Source of the DNA: a virus
Taxonomy: Duplodnaviria; Caudoviricetes
Length of the DNA stretch: 64,000 nucleotides
IMG/VR virus record: IMGVR_UViG_3300035501_000169
Coordinates: 1 to 64,000 of that record
Strand: one strand, 5' to 3'
Positions 20,574-28,999 of the stretch are shown one piece after another (position 1 is the first letter of the stretch; every line of letters starts with the position of its first letter). The notes beneath the pieces are model-generated. The model was not told the DNA's origin and did not search any database. It saw nothing but the letters and a program-made list of their open reading frames with translations. The translations under genes were made by a program, and so were the position numbers.

Positions 20574-20936
20574 TTATTTCAAAAGTAACAAAATAGTAGC
20601 AATTATACCAACTACTCCTACACCAAAACAAACATTTCTTTGACGAGTTACTTTCTTGCAATCTTTAAGAATTTGTTCATTTATAGCAAGATGATTGTTT
20701 ATAATTATACTATCATTAGAAACTACTTGTCTTAGATTAGCATTAATTTGTTTTTCATAATCTAACTCTATAAGTTTAAAATTAACTACTCTTAAATCAT
20801 CATAAGCAATCATAACACTATCTTTAGGTTCTTCAAGCTCCCCCGTAGAAAGGTTGGAATTATTTGCCAATGAGTTGATAGAACAACTTAAGAGTGCTAT
20901 CATTATCAAGACTTTTAACTTCAATTGTCTTAGCAT
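20574..20936 (-). CDS. Lipoprotein spanin candidate
   Basis: Signal peptide MLRQLKLKVLIMIALLSC with lipobox, coiled coil and C-terminal TM; overlaps the upstream TM gene, next to the endolysin candidate. Confidence 0.55.
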   Translation of the reverse strand: MLRQLKLKVLIMIALLSCSINSLANNSNLSTGELEEPKDSVMIAYDDLRVVNFKLIELDYEKQINANLRQVVSNDSIIINNHLAINEQILKDCKKVTRQRNVCFGVGVVGIIATILLLLK

Positions 20937-21153
20937 TTTTAATACTATCTAAATTATTTATTTCAATAATAAGTTTATCATTCTCTATTGACAAAGAATC
21001 AATTTGAAGTGTAGCAGTAGGAACTACATCTTTTTCATCCTTAGTAGGATTTAAAGCTTTAATTATTCCTACTACTACACATACAAACCCAATAATCAAT
21101 AGAAACCCAATAAACCAATTAAGTATGTAAATTTTAACATCTTTAAGTGTCAT
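20860..21153 (-). CDS. Inner-membrane spanin candidate
   Basis: N-terminal TM helix plus periplasmic coiled coil; directly follows the endolysin candidate. Confidence 0.55.
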   Translation of the reverse strand: MTLKDVKIYILNWFIGFLLIIGFVCVVVGIIKALNPTKDEKDVVPTATLQIDSLSIENDKLIIEINNLDSIKNAKTIEVKSLDNDSTLKLFYQLIGK

Positions 21154-21767
21154 ACTAAGTCATCTTCAGTAATTAAAGTATAAGTAAAACAGTTACCCCA
21201 AATATCTTTTGCTTTATTACAAAGAGTCATAAAAGAAGCAAATTCAGAAGGGTCATTAAATACTTGACAACCTGCAGAATATTGGTCAACTGTACTACGA
21301 GTATAAGCTTGATTAGAACGATGAATATTTATACCAAACATACCAGTTTCAGTTTTTTCAGGAAGTAAATCATATTTGGTATCTTTATTTCCATCACGAT
21401 AAACTTGAACAGGTTTATTACGTTGACAAAGAGCTTTATATTTACCATTGTGTAAATCAATCTTATATGCTCCACGATATTGATTAGGAACAAGAATAGC
21501 AGTACCTTTAGAGTTCATAGGCTTATTCATATAATAAGAACCAGGGTCAGTAGTTATTGTATAAACTTGCCTTTTATGACCATTGTTTGTTTCATAATCA
21601 ACAACGAGATAATCATCATATTTATTTGTGACATTGTTGTTTTGATTACTACGAACACCGATAATGTTTAGATTATAAACTCCTTTAGTAAAGAAAGCAT
21701 AACCTTTTTTCTCAAACAGACTTTTAAAGTCATAAGTAAGAATTTTGGAATACAATTGCGTTTTCAT
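21150..21767 (-). CDS. Putative endolysin, YkuD/L,D-transpeptidase-like fold
   Basis: GINIHR-x-YSAGCQV His/Cys catalytic motif; adjacent to the spanin candidates. Confidence 0.65.
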   Translation of the reverse strand: MKTQLYSKILTYDFKSLFEKKGYAFFTKGVYNLNIIGVRSNQNNNVTNKYDDYLVVDYETNNGHKRQVYTITTDPGSYYMNKPMNSKGTAILVPNQYRGAYKIDLHNGKYKALCQRNKPVQVYRDGNKDTKYDLLPEKTETGMFGINIHRSNQAYTRSTVDQYSAGCQVFNDPSEFASFMTLCNKAKDIWGNCFTYTLITEDDLV

Positions 21768-22765
21768 AAATCGAATAAATTTTTATCTTGATTAGTTTTA
21801 ACATCAGCACTTTTAAGTTGAATAAGTCTATCTTTTAGAACTGCATCAGCTTCTCCACGTTTATAATCAATCCTATACCATTGAACGGTTTCTTCTCCAT
21901 TTTCATCAATAGGATATTGATTATTTTCATCTCTATAAGGCATACCATAAGCATTCTTAACAAAAGGACTTCCGATATGACAAAGTCCTAATCCAACACA
22001 AGGAATACCTAGAATAAGTTCAACCATCTTAGCATACATAGATAATTGCATAGTATAATGAGAACCATTACAATTTGGTAAGCCATTAAGAGGAGGAAGC
22101 ATATATTCAGACTTTCTTACCCATTCATTTGTAAGTTGAGCAGGAATAGTAGTTTTATCTTTTTTAAAATAACCACTTTCAAATTGAAGACCATTTCTAT
22201 TTGTTTTCCAATCAAGAATAACAAAATCAGTATTTCTTATACATAGAATATCAATAGTACCAGATAATCTATAATCAATTAGAAAAGCTCCTATTTCAGA
22301 ATAAATAGTGTAACCTCTATCTATATAGAAAGAGAAAACTCTATAGATTTCAGGATATTTATTATTAGTAGCTTTTTTAAATTCTTCAACATCAAGAGGT
22401 TTAACGTTAAGTTTAGGAATATCTGCTACAGTAACACAACGACCACTTTGAATATTATTAAGATATTGAATAGCTTTTTCAAACATTGAAACTCCTTTAA
22501 TAGCATCCTCAATTCCGTTATGAGTTGCAGTTCCTCTAGAACAAGCTTCATCAGTAATATCTTGCCATTGTTTTTCAAGAGTTTTTTCACTAACACCAAG
22601 TTCTCTGGCTTTCTTATGTAGCCAATATTTCTTATTAAACTTAGGAACGTAGTTATCGTGAATTAGAGTAGTAACAGAACTATAGCTGTTACCTAAACTA
22701 TCATTATATTTATGTCCTTCTTCTTTAAAATAAAGAAAAACTTCGTCATATCTTGTATCTCTCAT
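21764..22765 (-). CDS. PD-(D/E)XK exonuclease
   Basis: SVTT, RGTATH, GTIDIL, ILDWKT and QLSMY motifs. Confidence 0.8.
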   Translation of the reverse strand: MRDTRYDEVFLYFKEEGHKYNDSLGNSYSSVTTLIHDNYVPKFNKKYWLHKKARELGVSEKTLEKQWQDITDEACSRGTATHNGIEDAIKGVSMFEKAIQYLNNIQSGRCVTVADIPKLNVKPLDVEEFKKATNNKYPEIYRVFSFYIDRGYTIYSEIGAFLIDYRLSGTIDILCIRNTDFVILDWKTNRNGLQFESGYFKKDKTTIPAQLTNEWVRKSEYMLPPLNGLPNCNGSHYTMQLSMYAKMVELILGIPCVGLGLCHIGSPFVKNAYGMPYRDENNQYPIDENGEETVQWYRIDYKRGEADAVLKDRLIQLKSADVKTNQDKNLFDL

Positions 22766-22768
22766 AAT

Positions 22769-23386
22769 TTAAATATTTTGATAATCCTCTGCATCCATAG
22801 ATGAAAGAACCATACCACCACCACGAGAAATTTCTGTTTCTTTTTCATACATAAGATTTTGTTTAGCTTCTTCAAGTTTTTTAAGCATAGCAGGTAGTTC
22901 GCCAGCTTTCTTGTTAACATTATCTATGAGATTTAAAATAGTAGGTATTTCATCAAGAGTAGGATTACTCTTAAGACGTTCATTAAGAAGATTGTTTATT
23001 ACATCAATACTTAGATTTATATTATGAATACCTTTAAGGATATTTTCAACAACTTTACCAGCTTCAGTAATGTTTTCATCGTAATATCTTTTAATAAGGC
23101 GAAGAACTAAAGAATCAGGTATATAATCTTTATTAAGACCTGCTTGTTCAATAGCCATTTTAAGAGCCTCTGGGTCACTAAGTCCAGATTGTCTTGCTGG
23201 TGATTTTGGGTCACCTAGATAATATATAACAATACATTCAGCTACATATTGTTTTTTATCAGTTGTTTTATCTCTACGATAAAGTTCACGAACATCTCTA
23301 TCAATTAATTGACGAGTAGTAGGAGGCTTAGGCATACCACTATCATCAATAATTATAAGACTATCTATAAGTAATTTACTGTTCAT
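22769..23386 (-). CDS. Conserved helical protein (possible terminase small subunit)
   Basis: 205 aa, helical; position upstream of terL. Function is a guess. Confidence 0.5.
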   Translation of the reverse strand: MNSKLLIDSLIIIDDSGMPKPPTTRQLIDRDVRELYRRDKTTDKKQYVAECIVIYYLGDPKSPARQSGLSDPEALKMAIEQAGLNKDYIPDSLVLRLIKRYYDENITEAGKVVENILKGIHNINLSIDVINNLLNERLKSNPTLDEIPTILNLIDNVNKKAGELPAMLKKLEEAKQNLMYEKETEISRGGGMVLSSMDAEDYQNI

Positions 23387-23882
23387 CGTAATTTAAAATT
23401 TCATATTCGTTATCTACAGCTGTAACATTATAAGTAGCATACATAAAAAGTCTAGCAAAAACATCACCTTTTTCTATACATAATCTCTTATAAAGTTTTC
23501 TATTACGACTAACAGCCATACTTACAACATATTTATAATATCTTTCTTGTTTAGCACGTTTACTATTATCGTTTCCAAGTTGTTTTCTAAACATTATGTA
23601 CTGATTATTATCAAGAGTATCTTTAGCTTCTTGAATAAGAGCTTGTTGCTCAGGAGTAGCTTCCATAAGTTTAGTTTTAGGTATTCTAATATTTCCAATA
23701 AAAGGAATACCAGTCCAACGACCTTTATTTAAAAAAGTAGCAGCATCAACTTCACATTGTTCAACAATAGCTAAAACTATTTCTTTATCTACAATGTTTT
23801 CATCAATACAGTCTATAATGTCTTGTTTTTTACAAACTCTAACATCATAACCACCATTAGGAAACTTATAAGTATCTGCCAT
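23376..23882 (-). CDS. HU/IHF-like DNA-binding protein
   Basis: 168 aa. N-terminal helices followed by GIPFIGNIRI, resembling the HU/IHF IxGFGxF strand; basic C-terminus. Confidence 0.55.
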   Translation of the reverse strand: MADTYKFPNGGYDVRVCKKQDIIDCIDENIVDKEIVLAIVEQCEVDAATFLNKGRWTGIPFIGNIRIPKTKLMEATPEQQALIQEAKDTLDNNQYIMFRKQLGNDNSKRAKQERYYKYVVSMAVSRNRKLYKRLCIEKGDVFARLFMYATYNVTAVDNEYEILNYDEQ

Positions 23883-23904
23883 AAAATTAGTTCAAGTTTA
23901 AATA

Positions 23905-23945
23905 TCTACGAGAGAACTAGAATATCTAGCTCCCCCGTAGAAAGG
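23905..23945. promoter_or_regulatory. Inverted pair of the dispersed CTACGGGGGAG motif
   Basis: TCTACGAGAGAACTAG-aatat-CTAGCTCCCCCGTAGA, about 22 bp upstream of the HU/IHF-like start codon. Confidence 0.7.
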
Positions 23946-23951
23946 TGTAAT

Positions 23952-24476
23952 TTAACATCCCTCGCCATCAATTTGTAAAACTTCAAAAGGATTATCTTCA
24001 AGTTTTACAGGAGTATTTTTATATATTCCTATAATATCACAATTAGGAATAATTTTAAATTCTAAGAAGTAAACATATTCAGTAGTTGCATTTTGCAAAG
24101 CATTATAATCTTTATCTGTATAAAACAGAAAATTAGAAATAGTAAGCTTATTAGCAGGAGCAGCTACATGATGACCAAGGGCTATTTGACTAGGTGCAAC
24201 AATAAGTTTATCTCCACATTCTGCTTTACAAGTAGTATTATTGCTTTTAACAAAAATAGGAACTACAGCAGTAGAAATTTGTTTCTTATTCTGCTTATAA
24301 GTTAAAAGAATAGCAGAAAGAGTTTCACGATAACAAACTCCTATAAGAGAATAATTATCTGATACTTCTACATCTGCTGTAACAGCTTTAAGATACTCAG
24401 GAGTAATTTCTTTTAAATTAGTAGGAAGAGTAAGAATGTGGTGACCATTCGCACCTGTTGTTTCAAACTTTAACAT
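23952..24476 (-). CDS. Hypothetical protein, first gene of the leftward unit
   Basis: 174-aa ORF. Confidence 0.75.
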   Translation of the reverse strand: MLKFETTGANGHHILTLPTNLKEITPEYLKAVTADVEVSDNYSLIGVCYRETLSAILLTYKQNKKQISTAVVPIFVKSNNTTCKAECGDKLIVAPSQIALGHHVAAPANKLTISNFLFYTDKDYNALQNATTEYVYFLEFKIIPNCDIIGIYKNTPVKLEDNPFEVLQIDGEGC

Positions 24477-24642
24477 AAGTCTAATGTTTTAATTAAGTTT
24501 ATAAAAGGGTTTAATATCTTTGTCACTACAAGTAATATCATAACTTGTAATACTCTTATTGCCTGCTATAGAATATATAACAGAATAACTATTGATTATA
24601 TAATTTATCATATTAAATATATGTTACTTGTTATTCTGCTGA

Positions 24643-24650
24643 CAAATATA
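24643..24650 (-). promoter_or_regulatory. Leftward promoter -7 box
   Basis: TATATTTG on the minus strand, about 165 nt upstream of the 24476 start. Confidence 0.5.
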
Positions 24651-24821
24651 ATACATATATTCCAGATAGTGTTGATAAAATGTGAAATTTAACAAAATTT
24701 AAGAATTAATGAACATTACTACTGTGATAAGAAATAGGAGTATTTGGAAGATAATGAAAAAGAGTATTAGTAAGTGATAAATAATGATAAGTAATGTCAT
24801 AATGTTAAACTTTCATAAAAA

Positions 24822-24853
24822 TTTGCATATTTCCAACCAAAAACTTATCTTTG
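24822..24853 (+). promoter_or_regulatory. Rightward Bacteroidota-type promoter
   Basis: TTTG - 20 nt - TATCTTTG. Confidence 0.7.
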
Positions 24854-25124
24854 TGCCATAATAACTAAGTCCAAAAGCAAAGCTACTAAAAGAATTAGTA
24901 GTAATACTAAAGTAAACTATATTAAATATAATATAATTAATAATATAAATAATATTAATTAAATATATAATATAACTAATAAAATTAATCTTCTTTTCTT
25001 TGCTAAAATAGTTAATTATATTGATGTTTTGATAGATGTTGTTAATACTATAGCTCATGGATTTTAAATAAGTTAAGTTAGACATAATAAACATATTGTT
25101 AAAACTGGCAATGATTGGTTTATT

Positions 25125-25163
25125 AAAAATAGTTTTAGTAGTGATACTAGAGCTATTTTTTTT
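25125..25163 (+). terminator. Intrinsic terminator
   Basis: AAAAATAGTTTTAGTA-GTGA-TACTAGAGCTATTTTT followed by a T run. Confidence 0.65.
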
Positions 25164-25500
25164 ATTTTGTTCCCAGTAATACTATTAGATATAATTGAGA
25201 TTAATATTAATTTAAATGATGATTTATCTACGCCAGATTATATTAAAAGTAGTAATAAAGATTATGTCAATAAACTAAGTAAAAGTAATTATCTAGAATT
25301 AAGAGAAAGAAAAGGCTAACTAGATGCTGAAGATTTTGGAGATTGAGAGGATTGAAGAGGTTGAGAAGATTAACTAGATACTGAAGAAGAAAAGAGTTGT
25401 TGAAGTTGTGAAGATTAGTGAGAGTGAAGATTATTAAATTGGGAGTTTAGTTGTGAATAAGAGAGGGTATGTATATGAACCCCCTGGTCATTAAGGTAAA

Positions 25501-25574
25501 GGTCGAAGTCCCCGACCTCATTCTCAAAAGGACAAAGTTGAACTTCGTTCAACACTCATTCTCAAAAAAACAAG
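25501..25574 (+). repeat. Two hairpin + 20-mer units (CTCATTCTCAAAARRACAA)
   Basis: GGTCG/CGACC hairpin, repeat at 25517, GTTGAAC-TTC-GTTCAAC hairpin, repeat at 25555. Confidence 0.85.
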
Positions 25575-25636
25575 TTTTGGTAATAGAAGGACTATTGCTG
25601 TACTTGGTGTTAAGCTCGACACAAGTAGTAACAATA

Positions 25637-26113
25637 ATGTCGCTAAAGGAGCGGCTTAATGAGCTACTAACGATGGAAACAATCGTAGTTACAGTAAAAG
25701 GTGTGAAAGTGTTCGTAGACGAAAACTCTGCAAGTGTTCAACTTACTCTTGAAAAGCCTATCAAGGGCTATGCCAAGAACGCTGACGGTACATATACCGA
25801 AGGCGATGTTGATACAATCAGTTTTCATCGTAGCAAGCTGACTGCTCAACTCTGCGATGCAAACGATGACATTGCTTGTTATCGTAGTATCATCGGTCAA
25901 GCTTTCGGTCAACGTCAGTTCGGTGCTATTCTGTTCAAGGCTCAACTTACTCTTGAACGTGAAGCTCACTCTGCTGGCGAAGTCGTTGGCGAAGGTGATG
26001 ATGCTTATACTTGCGAGCGTGATTGCTACTTCACTGACGTCAAGAAGATTAAGATGAGCGAGCGTGCTGCTACTCTTCTTAACAATGCTATTGCTGACGC
26101 TTTTGCACTCTAA
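25637..26113 (+). CDS. Early protein (158 aa), paralog of 27707-28195
   Basis: Start moved from 25469 to ATG 25637 because MSLKERLNELL aligns with MEKKEVIAELL of the paralog. Codon usage is more GC-rich than in neighbouring genes. Confidence 0.8.
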   Translation: MSLKERLNELLTMETIVVTVKGVKVFVDENSASVQLTLEKPIKGYAKNADGTYTEGDVDTISFHRSKLTAQLCDANDDIACYRSIIGQAFGQRQFGAILFKAQLTLEREAHSAGEVVGEGDDAYTCERDCYFTDVKKIKMSERAATLLNNAIADAFAL

Positions 26114-26121
26114 GATGATGT

Positions 26122-26170
26122 TGCTGCAAGACATGGGAAATTAGTTTCCTGTGTTTTGCAGCACTTCTTT
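26122..26170 (+). terminator. Intrinsic terminator
   Basis: TGCTGCAAGACATGGGAAA-TTAG-TTTCCTGTGTTTTGCAGCA followed by CTTCTTT. Confidence 0.7.
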
Positions 26171-26190
26171 CATCACTACTTTTGGGGGAA

Positions 26191-26260
26191 CTCACACTCA
26201 AAAGAACAAGACTTGCTCAAGCTCAAAAGAACAAGCTCTGCTCATTCTCAAAAAAACAAG
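26191..26260 (+). repeat. Three tandem 20-mers, 25-bp period
   Basis: CTCACACTCAAAAGAACAAG, CTCAAGCTCAAAAGAACAAG, CTCATTCTCAAAAAAACAAG. Confidence 0.9.
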
Positions 26261-26402
26261 ACTTGGTGATTGAGCTGTAATAGGTTTACTAATAAGTCTT
26301 CAAGTAAGACTTCAAATTACAGTAAAGAGAGTTTTTAGGTCATTAACTCTTACCATTCAATCTAATATGACTAATAGTATTAACTAAATTCATAAAAGGA
26401 TT

Positions 26403-26561
26403 ATGAACACATTGAAAATCAAAAAGATGTCTTATAAGACATTGACTACTACTTTGAAAGTAATCAAAGTAACTATTCTCATTACGAGAAGTGCAGTATT
26501 GAAATTAAGTGCTGCTGTAACTAGTTGGCTAGATGATGTTGAAAGCTTGATTTTAGATTAA
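26403..26561 (+). CDS. Small early protein (52 aa)
   Basis: MNTLKIKKMSYK...VESLILD with an A-rich leader, followed by a large hairpin. Confidence 0.5.
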   Translation: MNTLKIKKMSYKTLTTTLKVIKVTILITRSAVLKLSAAVTSWLDDVESLILD

Positions 26562-26829
26562 GTTGTTTGATTAGTAATGATAGTATGTTGAATAATTTGA
26601 TTGAAAGTAGGAGTAAGTGGAGGAGTAACACCATCAACTTCATTTACTTCTACTTTCAAAAATTATCTCAACTCTTAATATAATCATTACTGCTCATTAT
26701 AACTAAATTTCCTCAACAAGTCTTTCAATACAACCTTTAAGACTATCAACTTCACTTCTCAACAACTATTTCTTTGATTATTATTCTCATAATAATCAAA
26801 TATTGTCTTATAAAATTATTACTGTCAAT

Positions 26830-27093
26830 ATGAAAAAATGCAGAATATTAATTGTAATTGTTATTACTTTCATCTTTGGAAGTATAATTGGAATATCATT
26901 AATAGCACAAGGTCCAATAACAATTACAGAACAAATTAAGCATAAGCTTAACAATTCAACTCGTAACATCAGTTATGAACATTATTGTGATAGTATTTGG
27001 ATTACTAATCCTGACTATTACTTAGATGTATTAGTAGAAACTGATGAGTTTCAAGATTATATCGAGAAACATGGACAATGGTGGGATAACTAA
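26830..27093 (+). CDS. Small membrane-anchored early protein
   Basis: MKKCRILIVIVITFIFGSIIG TM segment; start moved to the ATG. Confidence 0.7.
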   Translation: MKKCRILIVIVITFIFGSIIGISLIAQGPITITEQIKHKLNNSTRNISYEHYCDSIWITNPDYYLDVLVETDEFQDYIEKHGQWWDN

Positions 27094-27122
27094 TAAATTA
27101 AGTAAACTCAATAATTGCAACA

Positions 27123-27398
27123 ATGAAAAGATTATTATCTTTACTAGTATTGGTATTTTCAATATCAATATTAGCTGGTGCACAAGAATTTGTAGCACCT
27201 ACAAAACAAAAATCAGTAGAATATACTGATACAACTACTACTTATACTTATAAGATTGAAGATAACTCTTTCAATGTATATAAGTCTAAGAGTGGTGCTT
27301 TCTATATTTGGAAGACTAGTAAGAAAACTGGTAAACAGTATAAGTATTATCTTCCAAAAGAAATACAGAAACAAATGGGTCGTAAATATAACGACTAA
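27123..27398 (+). CDS. Small exported protein
   Basis: Signal peptide MKRLLSLLVLVFSISILAGA; basic C-terminus. Confidence 0.75.
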   Translation: MKRLLSLLVLVFSISILAGAQEFVAPTKQKSVEYTDTTTTYTYKIEDNSFNVYKSKSGAFYIWKTSKKTGKQYKYYLPKEIQKQMGRKYND

Positions 27399-27434
27399 TA
27401 ATAACAATAAGTTTAACTTTAATAACTAGAACAA

Positions 27435-27572
27435 ATGGAAGAACTATTTGTAATGGAGTCTGAACTCCAGGCGTTTAAGAATCGCCATCCTGAGTACAAC
27501 AACTTTGAACCTGTTTATAACCAATATGGTGACTTGGCAGGTTATGTTGCATCAGTAGTTGAAGAAGATTAA
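27435..27572 (+). CDS. Small acidic early protein (45 aa)
   Basis: MEELFVMESEL...VVEED, followed by a hairpin at 27587-27633. Confidence 0.6.
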   Translation: MEELFVMESELQAFKNRHPEYNNFEPVYNQYGDLAGYVASVVEED

Positions 27573-27706
27573 ACTTCAACATTTGCAATATGATAACATT
27601 TAGTATCAATTTGATATTAAGTGTTATCATATTGTTTCAAAAATAAATTAAATAAAAGATGCTGCTTAAGCATATAATAATTATTAACTTTTAAATTAAT
27701 TCAAAA

Positions 27707-28195
27707 ATGGAAAAGAAAGAAGTAATCGCCGAATTGCTGAAAAATGGCGCTGAAAGTGTTAAAGGTCTTAAAGTTAAGAATGTGACCGTAACACCTCAAG
27801 AGAACTATGTACGTGTAGCTCTCACTGTTGATAAACCTGTTAAAGGTATGGTATCAGAAGATTCTGTTACCTATGTTGAAGGTGAAACTAAAGTAATCTT
27901 TGTTTCTCTCTTTAGTATCACTTCACTTCTTAAGGATAATGATGATGCAGCATTTGCTGTTAATCATTTCGTTAAGAATCCTGAAAGTATGCAAGTAGTG
28001 CTTTCTCGTGCTACTATTGACATACTTCAAGAACACGTTGAAGAAGGTCAAGAGTATAAGAATCCTTGGAGTGAATCTGCTGAGGCTACTGTCTTTGACC
28101 ATGCTACTATTATTAATCACATTACGAATATAACTCTTAGTGAGTTTGCTATTCGTAAGATTGATAAACTTGCTGACACGCTTTTGGGTTGCTAA
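27707..28195 (+). CDS. Early protein (162 aa), paralog of 25637-26113
   Basis: Shared pattern VKxV...EN..xVxLTx(E/D)KP(I/V)KG...TYxEG...NDD.A...(L/M)SE.A. Confidence 0.85.
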   Translation: MEKKEVIAELLKNGAESVKGLKVKNVTVTPQENYVRVALTVDKPVKGMVSEDSVTYVEGETKVIFVSLFSITSLLKDNDDAAFAVNHFVKNPESMQVVLSRATIDILQEHVEEGQEYKNPWSESAEATVFDHATIINHITNITLSEFAIRKIDKLADTLLGC

Positions 28196-28267
28196 ACATA
28201 ATATGGTGATAGTATTGATAATTATATTATTAATACTATCACCTTTACTAATAAAATACATACTATT

Positions 28268-28579
28268 ATGTTACAACACATTGTTACAGAATCTAAAAGA
28301 TGTAAGTTAATTGCTCAATTACAAATTCCTAATAGTATTTGGCATACTTACAATGATAAGGCTTTAGAAGAAGTTATTAATAAGTACTCTACTATTATTA
28401 AGACTAAGTTTCATATAAATGTTAAAGAAGGTAGACCAAAAGTAACTGATTGTGAAAAAGATGTTCATATTGGTTTTGAAGATGAGAAAGAATCTCTTTT
28501 CTTAAATGTTTATAGATATGTAGATTGTCTTGAAATAAAAGATATGTCTAAAATAATAGATTTTAGTGATGTAAAGTAA
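28268..28579 (+). CDS. Hypothetical protein
   Basis: 103-aa ORF. Confidence 0.7.
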   Translation: MLQHIVTESKRCKLIAQLQIPNSIWHTYNDKALEEVINKYSTIIKTKFHINVKEGRPKVTDCEKDVHIGFEDEKESLFLNVYRYVDCLEIKDMSKIIDFSDVK

Positions 28580-28610
28580 ATTAATATTATTAATAATAAA
28601 TCTAAGACTT

Positions 28611-28766
28611 ATGTTACATTTATATTTCTTTGTATCGTCTTGTGAAAAAGACGGTTTAGGAACGATTACTGTTATAAGTAAAAGTGTTAAAAAGGCTTTT
28701 GCACTTGCTTATAATCAGTTTGCTAAGCATAATTATCAAGGTAAACCTTTATTGTTAGCCATATAA
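28611..28766 (+). CDS. Small hypothetical protein (51 aa)
   Basis: MLHLYFFVSSCEK...PLLLAI; fills an intergenic gap. Confidence 0.55.
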   Translation: MLHLYFFVSSCEKDGLGTITVISKSVKKAFALAYNQFAKHNYQGKPLLLAI

Positions 28767-28770
28767 TTAA

Positions 28771-28817
28771 AAATGTAGTATATTATTTTGTCAATTCAAT
28801 TTAATATACTACATTTG
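28771..28817 (+). promoter_or_regulatory. Promoter embedded in a 15-bp inverted repeat
   Basis: TTTG(28787) - 19 nt - TACATTTG; arms AAATGTAGTATATTA / TAATATACTACATTT. Confidence 0.65.
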
Positions 28818-28836
28818 CTAATAAAATAATAGCAAT

Positions 28837-28974
28837 ATGGATTACTTTGATGATTATTCAGTTGATATGGACTCTGAATGTCTTAACCAAGATTTTGATG
28901 ATGTAGATTTATTTGGTGAAAAACTTGAAGATACATCAGATGATGATTTTGGTTCTAATTTGAAATTAGATTAA
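28837..28974 (+). CDS. Very acidic micro-protein (45 aa)
   Basis: MDYFDDYSVDMDSECLNQDFDDVDLFGEKLEDTSDDDFGSNLKLD, just downstream of a promoter. Confidence 0.6.
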   Translation: MDYFDDYSVDMDSECLNQDFDDVDLFGEKLEDTSDDDFGSNLKLD

Positions 28975-28999
28975 TATTAACTTTTAATATTTTAAACAA

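Noticed and set aside
25111-25179. 22-aa hydrophobic peptide resembling a type I toxin and the 51580 peptide
   Set aside because: The hydrophobicity and resemblance come from reading through similar terminator hairpins and T tracts.
25469-25636. N-terminal extension of the 214-aa ORF in the track
   Set aside because: It runs over the repeat/hairpin region; paralog alignment supports the start at 25637.
26191-26260. CRISPR mini-array
   Set aside because: The 20-bp repeats are separated by only 5 nt, are not palindromic, and have no spacers or cas genes.
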